Positions 1 through 11,337 of a stretch of 41,836 nt of DNA are shown piece by piece. Each line of letters starts with the position of its first letter. The first letter of the stretch is position 1. Under the pieces are notes generated by a model. That model ran no database searches and was not told the DNA's origin. It saw only the letters and a list, made by a program, of their open reading frames with translations. The stretch lies in the NCBI GenBank assembly GCA_031835245.2, contig JAVKOQ020000014.1:372001-413836 (forward strand). Direction: 5' to 3'. The DNA is from Balamuthia mandrillaris. Taxonomy: Eukaryota. The position numbers were made by a program, and so were the translations under genes.

Positions 1-133
1 AGTATATCATAAAATTAAGTTAGCATTACACGGGTTGGCTTGTGGAGTTATTGTATCGCGTTGAGTAAAAACCGCCGAGTCCCCACAAAACCACGTACAC
101 CAAAGACTCGACGCAACAAAACAGCTTCCACAC

Positions 134-1093
134 ATGAAACAAACGTTTTTGCTGTTGTGTGCTGTCCTACTTTCCGGCTTTGTCGTAAGTCAAGGTTTGA
201 GAAAAAAACACCTATATTCCTGAGAGCCTCCAAACCAACCCGATACTTTATTCTAACGTGTTCTTTTACTTTTATTTCAAACACAACGAAGGATGCCGTT
301 GCACCTTTGCGGGCCATCTTTATTTGTTCACATCTTCTTGTGAGGAGGCCAATTTCTTCCGTTGCCAAAACCTAACCGTCCATGGAGGGGAGTGCGTAGT
401 CATCAGTGAGGGCAGCATGTATGTGGACTGCCTTGCGCAACGCTACCACGCCTATAACTCCTCCGACTGCTCCGGGCCTGTGGGCAGCGCTGTTGTTCCC
501 GACCTGTGCCTGGTTTCCCCGGTTTCATCGACCAGGGTAAAGTGGAACGAAGACTGTAACGGCGAGCCAGTCCCCTTGGAGAACAGCGAAGAATGTGAGC
601 CCGTGCGTGAACCTGAGGATGGTCCCTGCTTCTTTGCTTTTTCGTTATCGCCACCTTTCTTGGTGGGTTCTCATCCTCTCCATTCCGTCTCAACACAGAT
701 GAGGCCTGTTTCGTCTCGATGAAAGTCAGCAACAACTGCAATGGGCGGACGGAGGCGGATTGCCTGGGCAATTGGTGGCTCAACCACAACGAATGCAAGG
801 CTCTTCCTGGCATCGGCAGCGTCAAGGCCGACTGCGTCAACAAAATCGCTCTCCTCTTCGGGAACGTGACCGACTGCACCGGCCCGGCCGTCTCCGTTGC
901 CGACGATCTGTGTTTTCCGGTGGAGGAAGAGCTTGCATTTAGCGCCAAGTGGGGCGAGACATGCGAAGGCGAGCCGAGAGAAGAAAGCGATGACACGGAG
1001 GATGGCGAGGAGAGCAGCCAAAACGACGGCTCAGAGAATGAGGGAGATGGTAGTTCTTCCGCTTCCTCTCTTCGCTTTGACTTGCTTTTTTGA
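134..1093 (+). CDS. Secreted/surface Cys-rich protein with two internal ~85-aa repeats (spliced; 3' end uncertain)
   Basis: ATG at 134 gives the signal peptide MKQTFLLLCAVLLSGFVVSQG. Phase-compatible introns at 195-291 and 622-698 join ORFs 258..722 and 719..1093. An acidic Ser-rich tail follows. A further intron from 1050 is possible. Confidence 0.7.
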
Positions 1094-1286
1094 GTTTGTT
1101 TACGTTTGTGTTTGACCTACGATAGTACCTGCAACAAGGAATGATCCCTACTTACATACGCAAGAGAGGTTGTCTTGGTTTTGTTTTTAGTGTTCTTCAT
1201 TCTATTTTCTCCAGTAAGCACAAGAGAAGTTTAAAAAAAAAACAAGTGAGAAGAGAAGAGTAAACTCATTACTATCATGTGGAACA

Positions 1287-3161
1287 TCAGCGGAACGGAT
1301 CGGAAGGATATCTACAACAAGGACACCTCTTTGTGCTCTTCTCTAACCCCTCCAAGAACGCTTCGCTGGGTTGCCACCTCTTCTTGCTGTAGTATAAATG
1401 AAAGCCGCCGATCACTTTCATTCCTTTCCGCAACAAACGCAACACCACTCCTTCGTCTTGCTTATTTTTGCCAAAGAGAACGTCCCAATCCAACTCCCAG
1501 CTAAACAGTTGAGAGCCGGTGCAGGAATATGGTCCCCATGGATTGAACTCGACGATGGTGGCCACATCCGCTTCTTTGTGGTAGACGATATCCAGAATGT
1601 AGTTCTCGAATGGAAGCAATGGATGCACTTGACTGTTTGTTTCAAGAAAAAGGTAAGCTTGATTTGTTCTTTTTTTCTGTTTTTCTTCTTCTTGTTCTTG
1701 TTCTTGTTCTTGTTGTTTTGCTTTTCTTCTTCTTCTTCTTCTTCTTCTTCTTCTTCTCTCACTCCTCTCTTTGTCTCTCCTCTCTTAATCTTCATCTCTG
1801 CAAATACCTTTCCTCTTCTATCTTGTCCACTTCTTTCAGTTCGTTAAGAAAATAGGTTTCTCGCTTTCTCTCTTGCGCTCTCTCTCCCTCTCTCAGAACA
1901 ACGAACCTTTGAAGTCGCTTCACAGCATCGATCAAGTTTTGTTGTAAAGCTTTATCCTCAGCCAGCTCTGGAATGTACTTTTGCCAACACAATTGATTGA
2001 TGGCGTTGAGCCTTCCTTGAAAGATGAAGCAACGAAACTCAAACTCTGGATCGAACGTGACCCATTCTTGCATCACCAGCTGCAAAGGAGGTTTGAGGTG
2101 CGGCTTCACTTTCCACTGCCGAAAGCTTTTGCAGTCTTCATAGATTCTGGTGCTCCCAACCTGTTGTTATGGTTTTTTTTTAATATTAAAAAGCGATAAC
2201 AACGAAGAACAGAAAGGCAACGTACAAGTCCACATATCACATCAACGGCATTATAAGCCTGGCACTTCTCCAGCTTTCTTTTCTTCGTCACTTCCTCCTC
2301 CTCTTCTTCCTCATCTTCTTTTCTTCTCTGTTGTCTGATCATCGCAAACACGTTTTGTTCTTTGTAGAAACTGCTGTCTTTCGGGCTTCTTGTGTTCAAC
2401 TTGAAGAAAAACGGTTTCTTCTCTTCTTCTCTCCTTGCTATCTCCTTTTCTTCGCCGTCTTCTGGTTGCTTCTTGAAAAATGGACCGTTCATCCTGTCTT
2501 CCAAGGTTTTAGCAAACTGATGGATCTGATGCATGACGGCAGCGAGGTATCTTCCGTAAGAGCTCCTCTCATGCAGCTCTTCAATCGTCCTCACTTCCTC
2601 CTCCGTCAATGCCACCAGCTGAGTCTTTGGCAAGACCTTAACCCGTGTCTCTTCTCCGTCTTCCTTTGCGGTGTTGCTTTGCGTGAAGACGTGTTGCAGC
2701 GGAAGCGACCACTCTTCCAGATTATATTTGTTGACGTGACTGAGATAGAGTTGATATTTCAAGTCTTCTATGGCGCTTTCTTCTTCCTTGGCGTTGGCGA
2801 CCCCGTCAACAACATAGTCGACTTGAAGAACACGTTGACCTACTTCTTCTTCGCATTTCGGAGGATAGTTTTGTACTTCACGAAGTTGCTCCCAAAGCAA
2901 AGGAAAAGAAGAAGGAGATAACGATTCCAGCAGAGAAAGCTTTGACTCTGGGAAAGTGATCGCGTAACGCTTCGCTTCGTCTTTCTTCTCGAAGGTGAAG
3001 GGGCTCAACTTGTAGATGTTGTGCTGGCAAATGGGAATGGGAAGACGGTGATAGTCCTCCGGGGAGAAGCCGGGATGGTCCACAAACTCGGCTTCGTCGT
3101 CCGTTATGTCGAAAAGCTGTTGAAGCGTGTCGAAAATTTTTGGCGGTCGACGTTCGTTCAT
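1287..3161 (-). CDS. Cdc123/D123-like (R2K clade) ATP-grasp protein, 3 exons
   Basis: Motifs FFFKLNTRSPKDS, (L)VGSTRIYED, LVMQEW, EFRCFIFQGRLNAINQ and YILDI...IVEFNPWG...GSQLFSW are spread over ORFs 2106..3161, 1792..2109 and 1287..1628, separated by GT-AG introns. Confidence 0.85.
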
Positions 3162-3468
3162 TTTTCCTTGTAACGTTTTCTTTATGGACCCTGCTTAATG
3201 GTAAAACAAAAAGAACACACAAAAGTATGTTGGGTGGTACTTTCTGGAAAGAGTTTCACGAAAGAGACAAAATACATTTTTGTTTCACTTTCTTTAATTT
3301 TTTTTTTCGTTGCATTACGAGAATGGAAATTTCGAATGAATTCGCCTTAAAAAATTTTAGTAGCTAACCATTTCAACCATTCCAAACATTACCCATACCT
3401 TTCATATTTCACATTCTATTGCAATATAGGCATTTGAGAACAAAAAAAGAGAAAAGGACCACACAGCT

Positions 3469-4608
3469 TTACTTTGTACATTCCAGTTCGGGACAGCTCA
3501 CGCAAAACCTCCCGCCGTGCTCCTGCAGGTGAGAGAGTATCCGCTCCGACTCCGCGAACCACTTGAAGCCCTTTGACTTGTACAGTCGCAGCCTCTCCTC
3601 CAGCATGCTCGGCATATCTGCCCCAAACTTGTAATGGTGCACCGGAACTCTCCGCGGCCATGGTTTCAGCTCGCTCGAGGTCTTTTGGTCCTTCATCATG
3701 TGCGCCCCGCCCGAGGCTATAGGATAACGAGCCAGATGAGCCACGACCTTGCCTGTCATTCCTTGGGCTATATTCTTTGTGACCGCACAGCTAAGCGGGT
3801 ATTGTTCCTCCAGAGGTAGGAAGCGTGGTTGTTGTTGCAGTAGTTGCTGAGGAGAAAGAAGTAGAGGTTGAGGGTCACGAAGGGAACCGTCTTCCGTCAG
3901 ACGGTCGATCATCCAGCCTGGAATGTGAGTGTAGTTCTGCTCGCTCTGAACCACTTTTTGAAGAAACTGTGGGACAGACACGAAAGAGGCGTCAATGGTC
4001 TTCCATTGTTGAAGCTCGTCAGAGTCCGCTTGGATGATCCAGTCGTTATCTTTGATGTCTAAAGATGCTTTCAGCGACGTCATCAACCGCCCTTTTTGGT
4101 GTGAGGTGTACTCTCCATTCCACACTTGAAAGGAGACACCGTAGCCGCGCAGTAGGTTGGACGTTGAAGCGAGCTCTTCGCTTTGTTGCTCTTCCTCTCG
4201 CACATGGAGGATAAAATAGGTATTCTGAGGTTTGAGGGAAAGCGTGTGAAGGTAGTGCTGGAGAAAGTAAGGAAGCATGACAGAGCGAGAAAGAGGGATC
4301 ATCATGAACAACCACACGTTGAAAGGGACTACATCGCCGGCAGAAGAAGAGGGAGAAGCACGCCGAACCGTAGTGGATGAAGAAGGAGGAACGAGATTAG
4401 GAAGCTGATTGTAAGGAGCCGAAAGAGTAGAGGAAGGTGCGGAGTACGCAGGAACAGAAGCCGGAGGAGTCGGGATAATAATCGTCCCGGTGAGTATGCA
4501 TGTTGAGCTGTAATCACAGCCCGAAGAAACGGCGAAGGTGTGTAACAACCAAACGGTGCTGGCGAATATGATCACCGGTATGAGCCACCACCCTCCTGTT
4601 CTTAGCAT
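3469..4608 (-). CDS. Type II membrane GT-A fold glycosyltransferase (GT2-like, Glyco_tranf_2_4-like)
   Basis: 379-aa single-exon ORF with N-terminal TM, Pro/Ser stem, LPYFLQHY, the DxD motif WIIQADSDE and a late VHHYK motif. Confidence 0.75.
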   Translation of the reverse strand: MLRTGGWWLIPVIIFASTVWLLHTFAVSSGCDYSSTCILTGTIIIPTPPASVPAYSAPSSTLSAPYNQLPNLVPPSSSTTVRRASPSSSAGDVVPFNVWLFMMIPLSRSVMLPYFLQHYLHTLSLKPQNTYFILHVREEEQQSEELASTSNLLRGYGVSFQVWNGEYTSHQKGRLMTSLKASLDIKDNDWIIQADSDELQQWKTIDASFVSVPQFLQKVVQSEQNYTHIPGWMIDRLTEDGSLRDPQPLLLSPQQLLQQQPRFLPLEEQYPLSCAVTKNIAQGMTGKVVAHLARYPIASGGAHMMKDQKTSSELKPWPRRVPVHHYKFGADMPSMLEERLRLYKSKGFKWFAESERILSHLQEHGGRFCVSCPELECTK

Positions 4609-4858
4609 GGCTACGCAGCTGCTGTGCCTCTTCTTGTTGTGTTTTCCTCTCCTCCTTTCTCAGATCTCCCTTTCTGTTTGTCGGACAGTCAGGTTTTCTA
4701 TATTAAGGAAACAATGACGTCATAATATATCCATATTAGGTTATTCTGATCCAAAGGGCAGACTAAATAAGGATATCAATTCACCCTTTAAAATTTTTCA
4801 AAGAATAGAAATCCAAGTATTGTCGACAAAATTGACCTTTTTCCTGATCAAATAATGT

Positions 4859-5038
4859 CAAGAATGCAGCAGTCCTTGCTGGAATCTTGCGTAGTCAAGC
4901 TGGCAAAGGAGAGAGTGCAAGAGCCTGTAGGGCGGAGGACAAAGGTGGAGGGTATTGGGGGGCTGGCTGCTGGCGGGGGCCGCTAGGGCGGGAGCTCGGC
5001 CAAACCCGGCTCGAAGCGAAGCGAGACGGGTTTTCTCG
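4859..5038. mobile_element. Possible small non-autonomous Helitron-like element
   Basis: GC-rich island in AT-rich intergenic DNA. It ends in the hairpin AAACCCGgCTCG...CGAGaCGGGTTT (5002-5033) followed by CTCG|TT. An imperfect hairpin lies at 4859-4889. Confidence 0.35.
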
Positions 5039-5116
5039 TTAAAATTAAAACTGTTTGTACAATTTATTTGCTAAAGGAGAGAACAGCAAAGTCTCTTCTT
5101 AGTTTTTATAAGTGGA

Positions 5117-8100
5117 TTACTTGTTGGTAGGGAACAACGGGGTCTGCGTCATCCTTCTTCGCTTCTTGGTGAGAGCGGCTTGCAACGGTTGCAACTTTTG
5201 CTTCTGAGGGCTGCTTCCGGTGAGTGAGGAGGAGGTCTTCTTTTCCTTCTCCGCTTTTTCCTTCTCGCGGATCTTCTCCAGAGAGGAGAACAAACTGGTG
5301 CTGTTGTCGCCCTTCTGCGTGCCGATGGCAGCAAACGGATTGTCCAACTTTCTCTTCTTCCTTTGACCATCGATATTCTGTTGATTGTTGTTCTCTTTGT
5401 CGCTAATGTCCTCTTCATCATCTTCTTCGTGAGTCTTCTTCTTGCCTTTGTCAAGTCGTTCCTTTCTCTCATGATCGCTGAGATATTCCAACTCGTCTTC
5501 CTCTTCTTCTTTCTCTTCCTCTTCTTCCTGCTTTCGGAAGGGCCTCTGCAAATCAAAGGGAGTAGATTCTGTCCCGTCCTCCTCCTCTTCCTCGGCCTCT
5601 TCCACTTGCACACGTTTTCGTTGCTTCTGTGCCACCTGCAGCAACAACTGCTCCTTCTGTTTCATTTCCTCCATCATGGTCACAAGCTGCTCTTGCAGTC
5701 CTTTCATCTGTGCCTTCTCCTGTTGCATCTCAATGAGCTGAAGGTCCAATTGTTGTTTGAGCTTCATCACGTCCACCACACCTCCCGTCGAGCAGCGTTT
5801 CTGCTCCTCGTCTGCCTTCATCGTCCTGCTTTGTTGCAGCAATTCTATGCGATGGGCCAATTCGATCATGTGGTGGTGATTGGCCAGTTTCAATGCGATG
5901 TTGAGGGACCTTTTGAGCTGAAGTTGAGAGGCGAGGTCCAACGCGCGAACAGGGCGATCGGCTTTGCAGGCGTTCTGCATCATCTCCAGCACTTGAGAAT
6001 CGAGCTTAGCTTGTGTCTGCACCAGCTTCTTGTTCTCTTCAGATGAAGTGGAGGAGGAGAACTCTTCGAGAGCAGCCGAAAGATCGAAAGAAGACAAGCC
6101 AGAAGAAGGTTCCGAGAGAAGAGAGCGAGAGGAGTAACGCTGTTGAAAGAGTTCGTGAGAACTAAAGAGCCGGTTGCGAAGAACTCGTTCCTCGTCGAAT
6201 CCAGTCTTTGTGTCTCTTTGCAGCAACGGAATGGAGAGAGAACAGGTTCTGATGGTCGGTCTGTTCAACGGACAAGGAGCTACAACAGTTGAACCTAGAG
6301 AAGATGACGCCTCATCATTTATGATAGAAGGCGAGACCGGGACATAGATGAGTTGGTCTTGCTTGATGCCGATAATCCAGTGCTTGTCCGTCTTTTGCTT
6401 GCGCACCTCCGCAAAGTCCAGAATAGGAGTCCATTGCCAGCCCCAACTGGGCAAGAGAGCAGAGACTATCTCGTTGCTGTCGGCAATGCACAATATGCCC
6501 TCCTCCGAGAAACCTTCGCAAACAATTCAAATGGTGTTTTAGCGCATTTTACACAACAGACGAGATTGCGTTGGGAGTTACCTATCCATGCCAATGTTAC
6601 GCCTTTATCACCAAGAGGCAGCGGCTTCTCGGTTACAATTCTCTGGTTGTAAAGGTCGTATAATTGAACAACTATATTTTGTTTGGCTTCTCCATCGTAA
6701 GATCATTCATCATTAGTGTGTGCAGAGAAGAGAAAAGCAGAGAGGACGGAGAGAACGAAAAGCAACTCACCGGCAACAGCAGGGGAGGCATGATAAGCAA
6801 CGGCCAGAAAGTCTCGCTGGGCAGCAAGGGCAACGACCGGACCACCCAGCACAAACAGACCAGTCTGAACACCAGCATAGCTAAACAAACGAAGGTATTG
6901 ACGACTGGTAGCCACTGCCACCCATTTGCTTCCTACCGCAATACCTAATGATAAGAATGCAAATGAAACAGAGTGAGAAAGCGAAAGAAGCGAGATAGAG
7001 AGATAGGAGAAGAGAGGAGAGAGGGAGAGAGAGAGAGAGAGAAAAGATCGAAAACATAAAAGCAAAAGATTCAATAAACTTACATTCCACTTCCTCTCCA
7101 AAAGGAAGGTTTGCGGTCCACTCCGTTTTGGCGGCCCAACTATTGAACGGCCTGTAGAGGATGTTGGAGGGGATGCCCTGTGTCGCGTCCGACTTGGCCG
7201 CAAAGAGCGCTCCGTACGGACCCATCGTGCCCATCGAAAAGTCAGAGAGGTTGCTCATCCTAAAGCTGCGGAGGTTCTGGTCGGACAGTTGGTCGCTAAA
7301 CTCCACTTCCAGAGTGGAGGACGTCGACTCGGAGACCGAGTGGATCATTCCAAACAGGTTCCATGCTGTTGGGTACAAAGAAAGGGTTAACAATGTAAAC
7401 GATAAGCTAAAAGAGAAAAGAGGGTACAGAGAAAGCGGCGGCTGTCGGTCAAGGGTCCACTGTTTGGCTGGAAGGCAGGCTGAGAACGAAGAACGGCCCA
7501 TTCCTTTCGCAGTGATGAAGCAGAGTACAAGTCTTCCGCTTGCGCTTCCGTCTCTTTCTCCTTCTTGTTGTTGCTGCTATCCACTTGTTCATCCGTCTTC
7601 TTTTCGAGAGCAGCGGAAGCCTGCTTCTTTTTCTTGGTCGCTGTCTCCTCATACGCGTTAAACTCTTGTCCTTCTTTATTGTAATAGTACTCGGTGAGGT
7701 CTGGTTCTTCCTCTCCGTCTTCTTCTCCGTCAACGTTCGGCTCTGCATCTTCTTCCTCTTCGCCGAAGATAGAGCTCAGTTTGGTTTTCTTCAGTCGGCG
7801 ATGACGACGTTCAGAAGAGGAGTTTGGACGGTCTTGGAGGTAATCCTCCGCTGAAAGCAAGTCATCCTCTTCCTCACCTCCTCCGTCCATGTCCATCTCT
7901 TCTGTTTAGTTTGAGAAAATAAAATAAGTTAAAACAAAAGAAACAGAGTTAAAACAAAAAACAAACCTTCATCACGCTCACTTTCTTCGGATTCGTCGTC
8001 GACAAACAGTTCGGCGAGCAGCTGCTCCTTTTTTTCCTTAACGTCTTCTCCGTTGTTTTCTTCCTCCTCCTCCTCTTCTTCTTCCTCTTCTTCTGCCTCT

Positions 8101-8243
8101 TCGTCTTTGTGTTCCTCTTCTTGGTCCTTATCTGCGTGGCTGGCGGTCTCCTCTGCTTGAGAAGCAGCAGAAGAAGAGACGACGACGTTGTCCTCCCCTT
8201 CAGCGACCACCTGTGTGTTTTCCTGTCCCGTTGTCTCCTCCAT
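5117..8243 (-). CDS. WDHD1: Ctf4/AND-1/Mcl1 (WDHD1) homologue: SepB domain and helical bundle, multi-exon
   Basis: QPAFQPNSGPLTDSRRFL|AWNLFGMI, LYRPFNSWAAKTEWTANLP, VAVATSRQYLRLFSYAGVQ...GGPVV, W.PILD and RALDLASQL...ALKLA..ELAHRI match the Ctf4 SepB region. The inferred start is MEETTGQ at 8243. Confidence 0.88.
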
Positions 8244-8312
8244 TTTTTTTTCTGCTTTGTCTTTGGCTATGAGTGGCCTTTGTGCTTTTCTTTGGTTATG
8301 TTTATCTCTACA

Positions 8313-8357
8313 GGTGTAACGGTTCGCGGTGTAACGGTCAATATTTTGGCGCGAAAA
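8313..8357 (-). promoter_or_regulatory. Bidirectional E2F-type site plus two Myb/MSA-like elements upstream of Ctf4
   Basis: TTTTGGCGCGAAAA at 8344-8357 (reverse complement TTTTCGCGCCAAAA). GGTGTAACGGT occurs twice, at 8313-8323 and 8328-8338. All lie 70-115 bp upstream of the ATG. Confidence 0.65.
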
Positions 8358-8664
8358 GGAAGCTAAGAGATAGGACAAGAGATAAGATAAGAGAGGGGGC
8401 CACATGCGCAATGATTTGGTCTGGAGATGGTCCTTGTCGACACTTAATTTCCCCGCTAAAAGTAGCATGGAAGCGCGGGGACTTTTTTTGCTGCCTTTTT
8501 ATCCCTTGCCATTTCTTTTCTCTCAGATAATACGTGGTGGACAGGGAATAAGGTGAGAGGACATGAGCAAGGATAAAATGGGAGAAGAGAGAGCGGAGAG
8601 GAGATAGGGAGATAAGAAAGCTTGTTCTTGTTGTCCGAAGCGTTGCTGGCCATCATCACGGATA

Positions 8665-9363
8665 CTACTCCACGCCGTGGGTCGACCGCAGGGTGAAGCA
8701 CTGCGCGATGGTGGTGGCCAGGAAGAACGGCCAGCCGAGCAAAGCGAGCCACCAGCCCACCGGCGCCCAAGCCGCAGTGTATTCGAACGTCGTCGGCTCC
8801 AGCGTGCGGGAGTACTTGCGGTGGCCGATGAAGCTGTCCCAAGGGCCAGGGTTAACCACCGCCTGCTCATCCATGTTGTCCCGCCAGGCCCTCGGCAGAG
8901 CGGCAGCGAAGAAGATGACCGCTGTGGTGAGCGTCAGCAAGCCCAACACCTCAAAGATGAAGCAGACCAGGCTAACGACGGTGAAGGAAGAGGCGGCGAC
9001 CTCTTCTCCCATGCAACAACAGCGAGCGGAGAAGGAGAGGGCCGCCATGAATGCCGCCACAGTGGCGAACAGCAGCAAGAAGAAGGCCGGAGCGTAGACC
9101 TCATCCAAATGGTTGTTGGCCTCCCCCCAGAAAGCGTGGATGTCTTTGGGGCCGCAGACTACGTCGTGTTTGCAGTCCCCGGAGGAGGAGCAAATGGAGT
9201 GAGCCCAGAAGAAGACGCTGCTGATGGTGCAGTCCTCGCCGTTGAGGAGGTTCTCGGAGTGGAGGGCGGTGAGGTACCAGGGCAGGATGAGCGACAGGAG
9301 GAGAAAGGCCAGAGCGAACCAGCCCAGAAAACTGCCCGCGATGTTGTGCTTTGTCGCTGCCAT
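8665..9363 (-). CDS. 4-TM claudin/PMP22/amastin-like protein, copy 1
   Basis: Intronless with four hydrophobic helices. Family motifs PWY, FFWAHxxC, RCCC, GPWDSFIGH and WAPVGWW are present. Start MAATKHN at 9363. Confidence 0.85.
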   Translation of the reverse strand: MAATKHNIAGSFLGWFALAFLLLSLILPWYLTALHSENLLNGEDCTISSVFFWAHSICSSSGDCKHDVVCGPKDIHAFWGEANNHLDEVYAPAFFLLLFATVAAFMAALSFSARCCCMGEEVAASSFTVVSLVCFIFEVLGLLTLTTAVIFFAAALPRAWRDNMDEQAVVNPGPWDSFIGHRKYSRTLEPTTFEYTAAWAPVGWWLALLGWPFFLATTIAQCFTLRSTHGVE

Positions 9364-9639
9364 TGCTGTTATAACCGGGACCTCACCACTGAGACCGGAC
9401 AGAAAGGAAGGTACCTTCTTTCTTCTTTTTGTCCTCGCTTTATTGTTTTGTTTTCTTAATTCATTCATTTACTGAGTTGGCCAGAAGGTTGTGCAAGTCT
9501 TCTTCGTTCTCTCTCAGCGAAACCTTCATATTTGTATCATGCTGAACTACAAGAAGAGCATTTGACAAACGTTGGAGGGAAGCCAATAAGTTCTGAGTAT
9601 CGAAGAACGTTTGCACTATCACTACCTTCTTCTTCATGC

Positions 9640-9945
9640 TCTCTTCATCGTTCTCTTCTCTTCTCTTCTCTTCATCGTTCTCTTCTCTTCTCTTCTCTTC
9701 TCTTCTCTTCTCTTCATCGTTCTCTTCATCGTTCTCTTCTCTTCTCTTCTCTTCTCTTCTCTTCTCTTCTCTTCTCTTCTCTTCTCTTCTCTTCTCTTCT
9801 CTTCTCTTCTCTTCTCTCTCTTCTCTTCTCTTCTCTTCTCTTCTCTTCTCTTCTCTTCTCTTCTCTTCTCTTCTCTTCTCTTCTCTTCTCTTCTCTTCTC
9901 TTCTCTTCTCTTCTCTTCTCTTCTCTTCTCTTCTCTTCTCTTCTC
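9640..9945. repeat. (CTTCT)n pentanucleotide microsatellite
   Basis: About 300 bp of directly visible tandem CTTCT. Confidence 0.97.
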
Positions 9946-10006
9946 ATGACAGCGGGAAACATACATTTTAGAGATATATTTTAACAGCAAAACTGTATAC
10001 GTTTCG

Positions 10007-10714
10007 CTAGTTGATAATGGAGTAACCAATGTTGGTAGCGCGAGAAGAAGTGAAAAGAGCAATGGAGGTGCCCACCAAGAACGGCCAGGCCAGGAGGGCA
10101 ATCCACCACCCCACTGGAACCCACACCAGCTTGCTCTCGACCGCGCTGAGCGCTGGTACGTTGATTTCCCTCTCGTCATGGCCGATGAAGCTGTCCCAAG
10201 GTCCATGGGTGGCCTCTGTCTCATCATCCACGTTGGCCTTCCAAGCGCCGGGCAGGAGGATAGCAAAGACGATGATGGCCATGGTCAACCCGAACACGCC
10301 CAAAACGTTCAAGATGAGGGTACCCTTGGTGAGCAACGCGGTTCGTGAGGAAGCAGCTTGCACGCAACAACAGCGAGCGGAGAAGACCGAAGCAGCCAAC
10401 AAGGCTATGGTGCTGGTGAACAGCATGAGGAAGAAGGTCGGAGCGAAGACAGTATCCAAGTGGTTGTCTTTCTCTCCCCAGAATGCATTCGCTTGTACAT
10501 CAGTATCAATGTACATGAGTTCGCAATCTCCGGAGGGGGAGGACACGTAATGAGCCCAGAAGAAAACAATGGTCACTGTGCATTCCAAGCCAGCGCCAAC
10601 GTTCTCAGTGTGTATGCTGGTGAGGTACCAAGGAATGACCAAGGAGAGAAAGAGCAAGGCCAGAGCGGTCCAACTTAGACAGCTTCCGCAGACGTTGTTC
10701 CTTGCTGCTGACAT
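10007..10714 (-). CDS. 4-TM claudin/amastin-like protein, copy 2
   Basis: Same motifs as copy 1. Start MSAARNN at 10714; ends GYSIIN. Confidence 0.87.
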   Translation of the reverse strand: MSAARNNVCGSCLSWTALALLFLSLVIPWYLTSIHTENVGAGLECTVTIVFFWAHYVSSPSGDCELMYIDTDVQANAFWGEKDNHLDTVFAPTFFLMLFTSTIALLAASVFSARCCCVQAASSRTALLTKGTLILNVLGVFGLTMAIIVFAILLPGAWKANVDDETEATHGPWDSFIGHDEREINVPALSAVESKLVWVPVGWWIALLAWPFLVGTSIALFTSSRATNIGYSIIN

Positions 10715-11337
10715 TGGTGGTTGTTTGAACTGGTTTTTCGTCCGCTGAGACGTACTCTTGGTAGCAGCGTTCCGAAAGAAAAAGTTTGTTGATAGGAAAA
10801 ACAAGAGGAGGTCTCTAGCGAAGCTCGAGGCAAAGGGAATGAGCCATTTGTGCTTAGCCGAAAGTCCAACCACCAGAACCCATTTAATTCATTAATGTTT
10901 CCTGTAACAGTTTGAGGCCGAAGAGAGGCAAAGAAACGCACCCGATCACCGCTCAAGAAGCAACTCGCTCTGTTTGCTTGCGAAAAGAGACAACCATCTT
11001 ACTTCTTTCCCTCCCCTCCACTGAACGATCTTGCAGAAACAGAGAACAAGAAGAAGAAGAAGAAGAACAAGACGAAGAGTACGAGGTAGAAGTATAGTCC
11101 TCAGAGTCCGCACTGTAGTAAATCCTGTTCAGTCACCGCACACAAAGGTGACAAGAGTTACCATTCCATCCTGTTCTCCCTCTGTGTTATCTTCATCCTT
11201 CGCTAGCCAGAATGAGGTTCTTCCTCCTTTCACCCTTTCTTCTTCGTTGCAATGCAAAGCACAACACAACAGGATGGGAAGCATTCACAATCGTTGGAAA
11301 GAACAAGACTTATTTTAAACGCAAAACTGGATACATT

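Noticed and set aside
48..368. 106-aa minus-strand ORF
   Set aside because: Overlaps a better-supported spliced plus-strand gene and has no recognisable motifs.
8677..9459. Long plus-strand ORFs over the tetraspan genes
   Set aside because: Antisense shadows; the conserved, TM-patterned frame is on the minus strand.
9532..10266. ORFs encoding (REEKR)n or (LLFSS)n
   Set aside because: They are translations of the stop-free (CTTCT)n microsatellite.
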